Positions 42,880 through 58,479 of a stretch of DNA of 64,000 bases are shown here, one piece after another; within the stretch, counting starts at the first letter, position 1, and each line of letters begins with the position of its first letter. This DNA comes from Dimorphilus gyrociliatus (taxonomy: Eukaryota > Animalia > Annelida), in the NCBI GenBank assembly GCA_904063045.1, contig CAJFCJ010000022.1, forward strand, positions 186,001 to 250,000, written 5' to 3'. Made by a program: the position numbers and the translations under genes. Below the pieces are notes generated by a model. It was not told where the DNA came from and did no database searches. It saw only the letters and a program-made list of their open reading frames with translations.

Positions 42880-45242
42880 ATCTCTCTACTGTTTTTAATA
42901 CATAAACAAGTGATCGTGCTTTGAACGGAACTCAAAGTAACCTGAAGCGATTCAATCTTAAAAAAGGATTTTATATTAAAGCTTTGCGCAAATTTACATT
43001 TTTCTCCTTTTATTTTAAAATAGATCTATAGGTCTAAATTCTCGCAATATCTCTTTTTAATGTGCTATACATTCATTTATAGTCTCATTCTCTAGTATAT
43101 CAATCCAATATAAATTCTTAATAATAGAAAAAGGGCGTGGTAACTTTTACGAAAGAATGCTAAAGAGGAAGAGTGTAAAGAGGCGAGAAACGTTAAAGCT
43201 GAGTATAATAAAGAAAGAAACCATTGGGTAAGACGTAAGAGAATTATAAGAAAAACAAATACTCGAGTAGTAGGAAATATTATATTAAAAGGAAAATTGT
43301 TTTTTCCTCTTATGATCATAGTATCCCATTTTTTTTATATAAATAATCTGCAATTTTTGATTCTTACTGTAAGGAAAAGTTGAATGGAAATGATAAAATT
43401 TCGATAGTTACAGCTCTATGAATGAAGCTTTGGAGTACATTACGTAGAGTTATGTAATAAATTTACACCGGTTTCTTTGTTCGGATGATTCTTATGAAAC
43501 AGACGAATGGTAGAGAGACTCTTTTAAATTACTTCAGTTCGCTTGACTAGCAATAAACTTGAAAAATTGTTTAGAAAAATAAAGATGGACAGATAGAGAG
43601 AGAGAAAAGACAAGATGCGTATATATATATATACAGTATATAGTATATATTATAAATATATTTATATACATTCGTGTATATATGTGGAGTGATTAATCTT
43701 ACGTTTACACATGAAGATATATATATTAAATACATATATATATATATAAATATATATATAATATACATTTAATTTAATTCACATGAGACTACAAATGATA
43801 GATTTATGGTATAGTCTTTGCTGTTTATCTTGCCTGGTTATACAAGCCTAATAGCATATTGTTTCGGTAGTACTGGCTACTATTGTGTCTATTGGAGTTA
43901 TTGCCTAAGCCAACTTTGGCCAATTGTGCACACTTTTCATCTTTCAATATATTGCATAATTCTTTTTATCAATTTACAACTCTATTATTGTTCTTAAATG
44001 AGAAAAAAGTGTCGTAGAAAGTAGTAATCTTTTCACAAAGAAGATGAAATATATCGCATAAATTTCCATATTAATTACTATTATCGATTACTCTATCTTC
44101 TGTTATTACGCTCTGTTTTTACATAATACTTGTCCGCAAGGGTGACATACTTTGGAGACACACCGGCTGATGTAGGTCTATAAAAATCTGGTTTTTATAA
44201 TGATTTAAAGTGAAATTCTATCATTTGTAAACTGTACCACAGTTAACAGTCTTTAGAATTAAAAGATTGTAGTATAATTGCGTTGTGAATAAATTAATAA
44301 TATAAATCAAAAACTGCAAATATGAATAATAGAAAGAGAACATAACGGTATGAATCAACTGTAGAGTAAATACACAAGCTACATTATACAAAAGAAGGGA
44401 CATTATAGCTATTGTTCTTAACAAGATTCTGCGATGATCATTCTCTGTAATACTTCTTGAATAACTAACTTCTATAATAGCTAGATAGAACTTTCCTTGG
44501 TCGCAGGCCAAAGTTATTTCCAACTGCTATATAGCACAATTACTTAAAATAATAGCATTCATTATAGATTCTTAATAGTCTAGACAAAAACCGTATAATA
44601 AAACAAATGGATGTATTAAATGTTCTCTATCTCTTTAAATAGAAAATTACTGAAAAGAAGTATCAGCTGACTTTGATTGACAAAGATATATACACAAAGA
44701 TACTACTTTTTTTATATCTTTATCATTATTATTGTTATTTCATTATAACAACATTGAATTTTAAGATAAAATCTAGTTTATGACATTATTATTCAAAATT
44801 TCATAGCCATGTAATATAAATAAACAACAACAATGGCGAAAACAACAAAAACAACAACAACAACAAAAGCCGCAGTAATAATAATATAATAACAAATATT
44901 TGTGATTGTGTATTGGACCATTCCACTAAATATATTAAAAGTTTTAGGGAGGGGAGCTCTTTAATTATGTGCGCTGTTTACTTGTTTCCTAATATATCTA
45001 TTAAGTTGATAAAAAACGAATAGAATTGAAGAGCTAAGTAAGAAAAAAAAGAAAGAAAATACTGATATAGCTAACTTATAAAACGGTTATTATTTTTATC
45101 GTCAATATGGCTAACATAAGCTGTATCTTCTTGTCTTACTTACAAATATGTTATTCGGATGAAGAAGAAAAGTCCTATCTCTCTGGATTTTATTCTATCT
45201 TTATTTCTTTATATTTTATTCTCTTCTTCCGCCTGCGCGCAG

Positions 45243-45270
<28 letters not shown>
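45243..45270. repeat. (AC)n microsatellite
   Basis: Directly visible. Confidence 0.95.
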
Positions 45271-45273
<3 letters not shown>

Positions 45274-48200
45274 CATACATGCACATGCACACTCTCTTCT
45301 TCTCTCTTTCTCGTATGAATCTAGTAGCAAAAGCGTGAAAGCTCGATCGTACACGCCTCGCTCGCCCGCTCACTCATCGTTTCTTTTCATCGGCCTCTTT
45401 GCTACTTTTCTCGCTCTTTTTTTTTTTGCAGTTAGTCTACAAGTGGTATGAGGTCATAGCCTTTATGGGTGTAAAGGGACAGAACTAAATAAAGATATAC
45501 TATAGGTGAATGTCTGACAAAAAAGAAATAAAAATATAACATTTGGGCTTCTATAAGTTAATCTAGTCATTCTTACGTTTGAAGTAGCGAACAATATAAA
45601 AAGAGGTTATAAATGATATAGTGGAAAAATAAATGAGTTCAAGTTTTACACCTAGCAAAAGATTAATTGTTCAGATATGAATAACACTCAACTCTACCAT
45701 GCAGTTATTCAAAGATTACCATACATAATTGATGTACTCGAAAAGAAACCAGGCACAAGCAAGTAAAGAAAAAAAATGGGGACAATCATGAATAAAACAT
45801 TGTAGATTTGCCTTTTATGGAAAACTGATAGTCAAAATGTAAATCTTACGAACTAGACAGCAATCTATGCTACTTAGACAAACATATTCTGACCAACTGA
45901 CCGGCTCACGACCTTCAATCTTATCGATTGTCCGAGACGACAAACCGGCCTACAATGCAACGGAAAAAGGCAAATTGTTTGTCATTTTCCCCCAAATATT
46001 TAGAAGCGGTCCGAAGGCAATCGTCTACAAATATTTTTAGTGTAGGTACATTAACCGGGGACAAACATGGATGTATTGAAGAAGCAAACAGAGAGAAAGA
46101 GAGAGAAAATTGGATGAAATCTCTCTACCATGAAGAAAAGAAAGTAGAACAAGAACCTTGGAAATTTCTTCTCTTTTTGTTTGGGATTATTGCTCGCCAT
46201 AACCGACTGCCAAACATATTCTTTCGTAAATAAGTTGTAACATATGAGGAATACAATCGATTGCAAACTTTTCTTCTATCACGTAAGCAGTCGTGTTAGT
46301 TTTTTATTTGTTTATTTATTAATAAACTATCTGATTCAGTCTCTTTTCTTTCAATTAATGAGACTTTTTCTAATAAATATTAGGTAGGAAACTAAGTTCC
46401 CTTTCGAATGTATATTTTGCAATAAAAGTCACTTTTTTTCCATTCAAATATCGTTTACAACATCAAGTTATTTAAATATGACTCATTTGAAAAGATATAT
46501 ACACGTTTGAAGATTTATATCTAAGGCCATAAAAATGATAGACAATATTTTTACAATTACAATCCCCTTCGTCAATTTCTAAGCGAAGCAGATGCTTAAA
46601 GCTGTTCTAGCGATTTATCACAAACTACTTTACTGATCGAAATATATGATTCTAATAGTAACAACTAAAAAAAATGCTCTGGAAAATTAAGAAGATGAAA
46701 AATACTATCTAATTGAATGAAAATTAACATAATAGATAGCTAGGAAAGACGTGGGATTTCGCACCTTGTGATATTTCAGATAAAAAATACACGACACGAC
46801 ATAACCCTTGACCTGAAATAAAATACGGCACGAACATAAAATGTGAATTTTCTTGCTTAACTTTGAATATTATATTAGTTTTCATTTCAGAAAGGAAGTA
46901 TGAAACGTTTTCCAGTAAGATAATAGCCATAGAAAGAAAAGGGCGGGATAATTCAAAAACTATTGTTTAAAACAAAGATTTTTTGTGAAAAAGAGTTGTA
47001 CTATATGATGGAAATATTTAAAAATGCATGCTTTCTCTTTCACTCACTCGCTCTATCTCTCTTTCTGTTCCGTATCCTAAGAATCATGAAAATGGAAATG
47101 GTGAATGTAGTATTTAGAAATAAATTATTATTGCTGGGAATATGTGTTTTTTTCTTCTTTTTGCATATAACTTTACTTCCTTTACAAGATTACGTAACAA
47201 GTATTTGTATTAAATACATACTTTAAATAGCTATTTCTTATTAATACTCTTAGAATAACGTAGAGGAATTAGTTGAAAATCTGTTCTCCTTTCTAAGAAT
47301 TCTCTAACTAATCAAGTCAGTGTTTTCCCATTAATAAAAATTATAGGGTGGGGAACGAAAAGAGAAAGGAAAGGGGGACGAAAGGAGAGAATGAGAGTGA
47401 AAGAGAGGAAAAAGATAAAGAGAGATTATAAATAAGAGTCACGAACATTGAAAATTGAATGTATGCGTGTCTAAAAACTATAAATTTTCCTGCAATATAC
47501 AGTATATACACACCTTTGTTTTCATTTAGTCTATTTTATCATATATTTATAAAGTAAAAAAATTTGAATATCAGCTCCATCTAAAATCGTATACACCTAG
47601 TATTTTAACTAAAGTATACGATTTCTTAATCATATAGTTGCCACGTGACGAATGGATTTAAATAAATAGTATTTCCTCGTAGTAAATTAAAGTGTGTCAT
47701 TTCATTCTTATACTGTTATATAAATACACGACATATATATATATATATAAACACTGTATATTTGAGAAGACTTATTTGGAAAAGAATAGCAATATATGTG
47801 TACATTACATGTAAATATTGTAGAGTACACTTCTGTATTTACTGCTTTTCCTATGTATTAAGTTAATTGTATTGATATTCGCTTTAACCAGTTTAATGTA
47901 CTCCCTTTGGTATAATCATTGCTATGAAATTTTTATGCAATTTGTACTCAAGAACACTCTTATTGCTTATTAAATATTAAAATTTACGTCTAAATGCTAA
48001 TTGAAGATTTCGACGGTTTATCGTGCAATAATTGACATAATCCGTAATTCACCTCTGGCCAAGAGGATTAGGGAATGCAACAGAGTTGCAAAGTTAATAA
48101 ACTAAACAAAAAGCATCACTAAGAAGGGAATTAAAGATAATTAATAACACAATAATAATTGTCCAGCACTACTTTTCCTTCAAAATATCAATATTCAATT

Positions 48201-51200
48201 TTGAAAAGACTTTTTATACCTTCTGTCTCGACCATAGCTATTGGTAATCTTGACACGTCACGTTAAGAGCAATTAATAAACAATTAACCCATTTCAAATA
48301 AAGAATAATCTATTAAAGTTCTATAGCAAGCAAAAAGAAGAAATTATATAATATGATAAAAGAAGAAAATTTTTCAAAGAGTAATTACTGCAATCATTTT
48401 CGTATTTCTTTTATGGTTTAAATAAATACCAAAATAAAGTTAACTTTTGGGCTAGAAACAAGGAATATTTCTACCGAATTGAAGAAATACCATTCACAAT
48501 ATTTTCACAGCATTTCTATAAATTTTCTAAGAGGAGGGTGGGAAAGCAAGAAGAGAGATCACGACAGCAGAGAGAGAGGGAGAGAATGAAAACATATAAT
48601 CAAACCACACCCAAAGAAATATAAAGCAAAAATTAATTAAAATTTGTACTTTTCATGTAAATGTGTTCATGACTAATCTCTTACCACGTGTACAAATTAT
48701 TAATAGATCAAAGCATCTCTAATTTGGAAAAGATAGTTGTTTCTCCTGCTTTTTTCATATTTAAATAATTACCCTGAACTGTAATAAAGAATTAGATTTT
48801 CTTATATTTCACTGTTTTATATATTCTTTTGTCAAAGTTTGTATTGGAATACTTACGTTGTTGAACAACGCTGTAAATAATCTATATAGTGTACTACTAT
48901 AAGCAGATTGTTTCCCTAGTTTGTTTACGTTTTTTATCTAATTATACACCTTGTTCACAATTTGCTGAGACCTGAAACTAGACAAGAGATTAGTGGGAAA
49001 CTTGATAAATATATGCAGTATATTTAATCGAGAATAGTCACGTTTCGTTATATAAATATTTCACTAATTTCCCGATAAAGACATGTATTTTTATAACTTA
49101 TGATTCTTCTTTTTAGTATTAGAAACAACTCTGGCAGTTTTGTCCTCTACTTAGTCTCCTTGCTCACTCTCCTTTCTCTTACTGATTAGGAAGATTTATA
49201 ATATCAATACAAGCACAATTCTCTTTAATTAATGAGATGTATATGAATTCAATTTAACAATAAGTCAACAATAAGACAATTGTTTAATAAAGGAATTAGA
49301 AAGCTTGTTTTGTGATTTGCTCTTTTACTTAAAGAAAATTGAATAGAAGAGGAAAGACACGCTTCAATTCTGTAATTTCTTCACGGGAATTCGTTTGAAT
49401 AAACTCTATAAACGTAGCTAGGCTTACTGACAACGTGTCGGAATCCGAAAGTAGTGCTGTACGGTTATATTAAAAAGTTATATACTTGGAGACGCCGCAA
49501 GAGTTAAATCGAGAATACATCTAATACCTGTTGGTCTGATGGCTTATAAAATACCCAAAGCCATCAACGTCACGACTTTTTGTCGCCCATCTTGCTTATT
49601 ATTTTTAGTACAAACCCCCTTAAAGAATTTATACGGAATCCAGGGCATAAAAGCCGAAACAAATAATGATACCATACAGATTTTAGACTTGCCTGGTAAA
49701 AAATTCGATTATAGATTTTTTCGGCTTGTTTGTCGGCAAGTTTCGAGCGTCTCTTACGCAATAATCGAAGTATCGAATTTCGGAAAAAAATCGTGTCTGC
49801 ATAAAAAATATTCGGCCTTGGGCAGAACAGGTGGCGGCGGCAAGGGTTTTTTTCGTCAGTTTGCCAACCTTGTTGGAAATTTGCCAAGAAAAATTACTTG
49901 AGACCTCTTTCTCTCACTTTCTCTCTCCGTCTCTCAGCTTCCTAAAAGAAATGTTCTTATTTCTTTTCTCTATCCTAGAAACCTTTAAAAATTTCCCTTT
50001 TATTCGTCAAACTTTAATACTCAAACTCTTCTACCATTTGATGTTTTGACATAATCTGCTCGTTCAAATTAATCAAAATAAGCAAATGTATAATTTCAAC
50101 TTGATTCATATTTCAAATATAGAGAATGTTAATATAACTCAACTTAGATATAAATGACAAACTCGATACTACAACACTATTTTTCTCTTTGTGAACTATA
50201 AATGAAGTATATAAAGCTTGTACATTATAAGCATTCTCTATTTATTAAAATAATAATATAAGTTCAATGCCATTAATCTTCGACATTCTTCCCTCTTTCT
50301 TTTCAAAAGACTTTCAAAATAGAAGTCTCTTCACATTTTCATACGCTGTACACTGTATTAAAACGGGTCATAGATTATTTTTCCAAATCATCATTTTCAT
50401 TATCGTCGCCTCTCTCTTTCCTTCCCCTTCCCCTTCTTCTTCTCCTTTTTCTCCCATCCACTCCCCCTCCTCCTACGCTTCCCCACATATTATACCACTC
50501 CCATAATGTCTCTTAAGTTTACAATAATGAATAAAAATGAACTATTAATATTTTACATAATATCAGTGATAATATGATCGAAAATCGATTATAACCTGAA
50601 GCTTCCTTTGTATAAAGAGGAAAGAAAAGAAGACTGTGAAATATCAATAAACTATAGACGAGAAATTAGAAAATTTGCTTAACTTTTTTGTATGATAAAT
50701 ATACTATTTACATAATTATATATATATAGTATATATTGTCTGTACTAACATATATATATATAGTAGTTTAAAGTAGCAATCTTACAAAATGGCAGATATT
50801 TCAAACATGAAAGAGTTATTTTTAGATTTAGAAAATGAAAGTAGAATTAGTATTCTAATAATAAAAGAAACTTCGTTCCTCTCATTCTTCTAGTAAAAGA
50901 AAGTTAAAGACTTGGTCACTTATACTCTCTTACTCCTCTTTCTTTCAATAAATAGAGAATAGTTATCCCCAAGTTAATGATCAAACCAAATTTTAGCTGC
51001 CTCTGACATCCTTCTACCCAAGGGAAGATCTCTTTAATCATGATCCGTATGAATCACATTCAATTGCTCATGTGTAGTACAAACAGGTCATTCTTAAGGT
51101 TACTCACAACGATTTCTCCTAAAAGATTATATGGCAAACATTTAACATTTTTATCGGCCAATTAGTCGATCCTAGTGACTTATGCGACGGTTTAGCACCA

Positions 51201-54200
51201 TTTATTAATTAGAGGTTGTTTAATCTGCTTTCGAATTAATTTTAATCTTTCCTTTGAACATTTAATAGAGATAACTAATCGTAAAAAAACCTAATACTAA
51301 TTTTTTACGCTATTTTACTTAATCGGCAAATAAAGCTCGTATTACCTTAGGCGCACACACAATCTCTCTCTCTCTCTCTCTCTTTCTATTCAAGATTAGA
51401 TAATATATTAAAGCCAACGGAAGTAAAGATAAACTTTTTCTAATAAGAAAACGTATAAGAAACAAAAATTCATTCAAACTGATTTTTTGATGGATAAAAT
51501 AACAAAATTCAAAAGACGAAATAAAGAAAGTGTTAGCTATTATTTAGTCAAAAAGTGAAAAAAGTGCTTTAATTAGTAATCCATAATGTAATTGTTTGAC
51601 TTTTAAACCAAAAAGTTGCTTCAGATTGATGGAATTTTTAATAGAAGGAAATTTTTTCAAAACATAAATAACTTGTATTTATTCAATTTAATTATATAAG
51701 AGATATTTGATTTATAGTCTATCTATTAACTTTGTAATAAATACGATGAATAAGTTGTTAAGTTAGATTGAAAAAGTAATGAAATAATAAAGATACAAGC
51801 CGCCTGTCTTTTCTTTTTCTTTGTATGCAAAAATTGAAAGTAAACTAAAATATTATCGGGAAAGATGTATATTACTAATATTAAAATTTCCCTCTGTATA
51901 ATCTGTCGCTCACTTAACATGTGCTTAAACTTCTGCCTCAGAATCGAGGATGGAAACTATTAAATTTCTTTTTTACCATTGATTAAATTCTTTTGTGTCT
52001 TGAACGATCACTGTAGACTTTAAATTGCATCTTTTTTTCTTTTCAACAAAGCGTGTTGATCGACGAAACAATATTTGTACGTCAGACCGCCTTTATTGAT
52101 AGCGTCAATATCGACGCTTCGTTACATTATTTACGCGAAACCTTGTTTATTTTGCGATCGTCGGACGCCGAAAACAAGGGGAAAAAAGAGACGAACGTCG
52201 ATATATTTCGCCAACAATACGAACTTATCGTCTTTCACTAGACGCAAAGGGTCGATAAACACTTTTCATACAACCAAGAACAACGTAAACAATTGATACT
52301 TCAGGTATCAATAGCAAGTGACCTATTGTGCAACTATCATGAGAAAAAATCCCTAAGAATTCCTGATACCTGCAAAAAAACTTAGACAGAACAAAAATAA
52401 ACTACAGAAAACCTTTCTTTTCTCTAATCAACGAGATACAGAGTATTAGCGAAATCTTGTTCATATTTAATAAAATCTCAACATTACGTGGAAATTAAAT
52501 ATACAAGGTCACAAGATAATATGGATGGAGGAAGAGCAGGAAGAGAAAAATAGAAATTGCGATTAAGAGATGGATAATCTTAGATCCTTTGGCGGAAAAC
52601 AGGTTTAATTTAATATGATTTAACACGGTTCATATTCTGTAACTGTATTTGCTATCGACAAATGTAAGTCGATGGAAGTTCATTGGGAGCTGGAGGATTC
52701 CTCAACATAATCAAAGTATATGTTCTTCTTATGCCGATGTATATTCATTGTATTAGCAATGTGTGCACTATTTATACATACATGTGCTTTCAACCGCAAG
52801 TATTCAGTAGGTAAATACTGCACTGAAAGTTTATAGCGGTTGAGGGGGCGGTGTGAGTACGAGATTCGCCTAAAGCGATGAAAACTACAACAATTTTTTC
52901 TATTTTCATAGAAGGTTAAAAGAATCGTTGGACGTAAGAAAAGCAAACGCTCCAAGATCTCTTCAGTCAGTCACCGTCTTAAATCAAAACGATAGCAGAC
53001 ATACTCCTTAGTTGAGTCTAAATGTCGTTTAAAAATGAGCAGTATGTCTAATACGCTAGACGATGTTTAATTTACAGCTGACAAGAGTTAAATAATAGAA
53101 AAATTCTCGCCTCTTTCTCTAATCTTTTCTTTTATCAGGTTAATTCAAAACGTTAAAAAGATGACACGTTACATCGGTAACACCTAATAAACAAAGAATA
53201 GATGATACAAAGAACAATCGTCGTTCAGTAAAAAATTTCAACCTAGACTAATAAAATTCCTGATCATGCATTTTCTCTTCATTTTTTCTCTTAAAATAGA
53301 AGAGAAAACCACAAAAATTTGAACTATAATTACAATCTAAATAGGATTGAAAAAGAGTGAATTCCTACACTGGAAGAGATTATTAGTATATACTGTATAT
53401 ATATATATATATAACCTGTACTTATAAAGTATATTAAGTAGTGCATAAAATCTTTATCATCTGCTATTATAATTACAGTAAAAAAAATACGAAACAAGCG
53501 GTTAAACATTTTTAAAAACTTATCTTTTTTTTATTAAAGGGCTTAAACACCATTTGAATACGGCTCAATTGGTGAAATAATCTAACCTTTACGAGAGATT
53601 AGAAATTTTTATGCTTCGCAAATTTCATTCATTGTATCCAAAATACAGGTTATTAAAATATACACTGGGATTAATGATAAAATTTGAAAGGTAACAAATA
53701 TTTTAGAATGTCTACTTAATTATTATTAATCAAGTATTGGGCAAAGGGGCAGGGAGGGGTTTAGTGTTACAGATCATTCGACTATTCAATATGCAAAAAC
53801 AATTCGACGCTAAAATGGAGAATTAACATCAAAAAAGACATGGACAACATGTTATTGTTGACTAGAAAATAACCGAGTTTCGTTTTTAGTGTTCCAGAGG
53901 AGGGTTTGTTGGATTTTTATGTTGTAGTTCCTACGTAAGGATGGTTACTATGTGGAAAACTGTCGCCGATCTATTTCCTTTAATGATAAAGTATTCATAC
54001 AATTAATATGCTTTGGTCTTTTGTAATAGACCACCGTTTTTCTGCTGTGGCTAAAGATTTAGATAATTCCTATAGTAAAGCCACTTTGACAACGACTAAG
54101 TTATTTGCTTTTATAACCAAGTAATCGTGAACTTTTGCTCAAATAAGACCCTGAACAACGATATCGTGACCTAGTTTGAATAGATAAAGACTCGGCCTTT

Positions 54201-57200
54201 TGAGAAACTATTGAAAAAAGCTCAATTTACTCATATACACTCTACTGCATTAATGAAATAAATAAGCGGAAAAAAATATACTATCTGTATTTTACTTTAT
54301 AACAAGAGAATTGCAGTATTATTACTAGAATTGATGAGCCTTAAATATTTCCGCTGCACCCCCTTTTCATTACAAATTGGTAACAATTCCATAGATTAAA
54401 GGAGTACGTTCGTCATAGATCTAATATTCTGCAATCTCCAAACTTCACTTTTCTATATAATTTCAATTTATTTTAATAAAATAAAGTAGAAAGAAGTTTG
54501 CATCGAATTTACCTCAATGGAATTTATTTTATCTGTTTTATTTAAAATAGATGTAAAATGTCAGAAAAGCTGAGTTTTTTTCTCTATATATATATATTTT
54601 CTTCTCTTTCCTCTTCGCATTGTGAAAGTGACAGATCATTTTATACATTTAACACATCTCAGTGGTTCCAACGTGCTTTGTAACAAAGTAGCGTTATGCA
54701 GTACTCAGGTTTTTTTTAATCAGGCAGGTAATTTTGCGTTATTGCCGTACTATTAGCTCCTCAAGATTTATACGCCAAAAACTTTGAATTAGTCTGAAAC
54801 AAATAGAGTAAATATACATTTTCGTTATTTAAAGAGAATCGTCGTTTTATATTTTTTATTATAACTCTTATATAGCATATACTGTATATTAGATATTAAT
54901 TTCGTATTTAAAAAACACTATCGGACTCTATCATAAAAGCTTATGATAAGCTCCAAAATAATGTGTCAACGTTAGATAAAAAGTGCAAATCCAACGGCCA
55001 GCTACGATAAAGCGTAAAATTATCAGACAGTAAAATAGCCCTACTAAAAAAATACCTAAATATAACTCAGACATACAAAATTGACATTTAAGTGAAATGG
55101 CCTTTAAGTTGTTCAACTGGTCTGAAAATTTCATCGGTAGATTTTTCCATCTTGTACAAATAATGCTAACAAATGTCTGATATACATGTAAAGGTTGATT
55201 TACTTTAACATCTGTATAAAAGAGTATATTTGAAACCTGGCTTTCCGACAAGTAGAAGGGAAACGTATATACTTGAAAATTAAGCAAAACGGTCAAGGAC
55301 ATTTCATATTTGTATTTAAAATAAAAATAATAACAATAATAATAAGAATACTAACAATAATAGAATAATATTCATACGGCTAATAATAATAGAAAGGGGG
55401 TGGGAGCGTGCCGTTATCTATATTTGTAATAAATGAATAAAATTAAAAAGATACATATAAACAAAAAAGTAGACCATAGCAATGAGAACTGATATAAATT
55501 CCTTAATCTCTCAATATATCGAATAAATATTTTATAAAACGTGATCCACAACACAAACAACAATAAAGTTCGTTAATGTTGGAATAGGAATTTCCGCGAT
55601 AATAATAGTTTTCAATAGTAATTTCAAATTTCCAATAGAAAGACAAGGTATTGTATTCAGGCTGTAAAAAGTAACACTGACCGAGAATCCTTTTCACATA
55701 GAATTCGCCTACTAAAAATAAGAAAATCACGTAGAGAAAAAACTAAACAAATTTCAATAAACAATACGGATCCCACTAGATTCTTCATACAATAAATAAG
55801 AATCACCCGATCAAGAACTATACAAATAAAGAAACCCCCGATCATACAGCCATCTTGAATCTACCATACGAAATGTAAACACTTGTGAAAGTCAAGTTTA
55901 GACAAGATTTTAAGATATTAAATATAAATCTGTTTATAATATATCAGTTCAAGTTTTATATTGAATGGTTAAAGAACAATTAAAAAAATTAGAATTCGAA
56001 AATGTCTTTACTTAAACTTCATTGCATTTTAGAGTTTAGTTTACATAATGAAAATTGTATAACGACCTTCAATTCAACTCGAACGAGAAAAACTATATGG
56101 GTCCTATTTGTCTCTGACTACTTTAGACAATGAACCGTAAGGGAAGAATGGTACGTGGCATTCTAGTATTCTATAATCTTATTTTACTTTCCCTCCTTAC
56201 TCGCGCTAGAAAATCTTAATAGTCAAAGGAGAAAAAGGGAAATAAATCTTAGAACAAACACCCAGAATAAAATATAGTAGATAAAGGGTATTCTACTTTT
56301 CTTCAATGAGAGGCACAACAATATGTCGACAAAGGTTAGAGGCCACAACTTTCACCTCATTCTAATTAGATCGACAAAAAAAAATTATGCGCTTTGCGCG
56401 ACTTCAGTTCAACTGACCCTATACAAATCGTCTAATAGTACAACCCAACCACTTGACATCTGCCCCTCATTTCTGCCTCAAGTCACGCAAACCTTTCTTT
56501 GCATGCTTTTCTCCTACGAGAAAAACAGAACGCATTCCACCCAAATAGAAACTTTAAGCAAAAACAGAAAGAATGAGAGAGCACCTGTTCTACTCACACC
56601 TGCTCTAACGGGTCACCTGCTTTCCCCGCCCAACCACCAGAGGGAGTGGTCTTCTGGTGGAATAACTCGTTTCAAAGGCCAGGAAAGTGGTTTCGTTTTG
56701 TGAATGAGCACGTATTTTATGAATGGATACTCGACATTCTTTTGGTTATGCCTCATAAAAACTTATCGGTTAGATCTCTTAGAGAAATGGCCTGTACCAA
56801 CAAGAACACGGTAGTTTAATCCCATTCATACATTTTTTTCAATTCAGCTTTTTAATGGAAGAAAAGGAAAGAACAAAAATTCCTACGTAGAACAGTTAAC
56901 TAAGAAAAAAAAACCGTTATAACCGTTATTAATTGAATAGGATCAACAATCTGTTTCCTAGATAAAAGTAGTCGCAGATCAACAAAATTTTTTTCATCTA
57001 TTGAAAAAAGAGGGTTAGTCTGTCAACAGCGTTTGAGGAGGAATTTGTAAATTTTTTATTAGATGACGGACGCTGCAGTTTAGAATTCGGTCAACACTTT
57101 AATCGGTTCGGTCAATAATTATTTCAATTAACTTACTTACTTCAAAGTTTTTTTTTTCTTCTCAAAAGGAGAGAGACTAACTTATACACTTATTTAAAAC

Positions 57201-58479
57201 GTATAAATAATTAACAGCGTTCTTTTCTGAATAAAACACACTTTATAAAATAAAAGTTACCTGAGTAAAGAAACTTTTAACAAACTAGTAATGTAGTTCA
57301 ATGAATTGTTTATATTCAAGAGAGAGTGAAGACTTGAACCTTACTTGCGAAATTTAATGTAAAGTATTTTAAATCAATATATCCCCATGGACGAAAAAGC
57401 TATTGAATCTAGAAAAAATCAATTCTAATCATAGAAGTAGGTTCCTTCGATAATTCTCTTTAAAATTTGATTCATTCACAGATTCTGCTACATTTTTGAA
57501 CTAAAAGTTTTTCCAAGTTATCTATATTAACTACGTTACACATATTATAGTCTCTCTTAATCGTCGTTAATCTAGCTCATACTTAAAAAAATCCCATGAT
57601 TAAAATATGGATAAGAGATACTTTAAAGCTTTCTATATCTATTGAAAAAAAATCATATAATCAATCTGTTTTTTTTTTCTTTTTAGATGTTGACCCACTT
57701 TTAGGATCATAAAAACATTAGGGGAGAATTCTTTAATTATCTAGGTCAAATCTATCTTGAAGTTGAAACTTTTGTTTATCAACATGTTAAAGCATATTTA
57801 TGTAAATATTTTCGAATTTGTTAGCGGTCTGTAATTAGATCAATTATAACAAGTATCTAATCAAGACCATGTTGTTATATCTAGAAGAATAGAGTTTCAT
57901 TTCGGTTTCTTTTTTTTTCGTTCTTTTTTTCTGACTTGTATGGTGCTTAACCGACGATTTAAAACTAAAATGTTATTCTATATCAAACAAAACAAAATAA
58001 TGTAAATTTACACAACGGCAAGTACGAAAAAATACGTTCTAAATAATCCATGACTAATATAGGACTACAATACGATAAGAACAATAGATAGGCAATAGCC
58101 ACTCTTCTTTCCTCGAATTATGTTGTAAATCTAACAAGGTGAAACAATAGCTTGATAACTTCATCTTTGTCACGTGACCAACGCTACGGTCGAGTAAACA
58201 ATCGTAGTGCGCATGTACAAAAGGCGTTCAAAAAACGCCGTTTCCGAGAGAGAGAAACATGTAAATATAAATATATATATTTGTTTATATTTTTAAAATT
58301 TAATGTTTATTATGACAGTATTATTAAGAATATGACACTAAGACTCTGTTAAACCAGACACAGACAGACATTATTGATTCTGTCGTTTTTAGGAAGAGTA
58401 AAAATCAAACGGAATTTTAAGAGATCAAGTCGGAACGAATTTCAGGCGCACTTTTTTTTTCTCATAGCGTTTTTGGCTG

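Noticed and set aside
45928-46233. 101-aa plus-strand ORF
   Set aside because: No recognisable domain, includes a GA-repeat-derived stretch, and has a TTG start; cannot be supported as a gene.
49539-49901. Overlapping ORFs on both strands
   Set aside because: A GC-richer island with few stops by composition; no protein motifs recognised.
51193-51203. TAGCACCATTT, resembling the 5' end of miR-29
   Set aside because: Diverges after 11 nt and has no complementary arm nearby.
54191-54202. CTCGGCCTTTTG, resembling the U2 snRNA 5' stem
   Set aside because: A 12-nt match only; the flanks do not continue the U2 sequence.
54931-55845. Hydrophobic minus-strand ORFs of 62-123 aa
   Set aside because: F/I/L/Y-rich composition typical of AT-rich non-coding DNA; no consistent exon chain or family motif.
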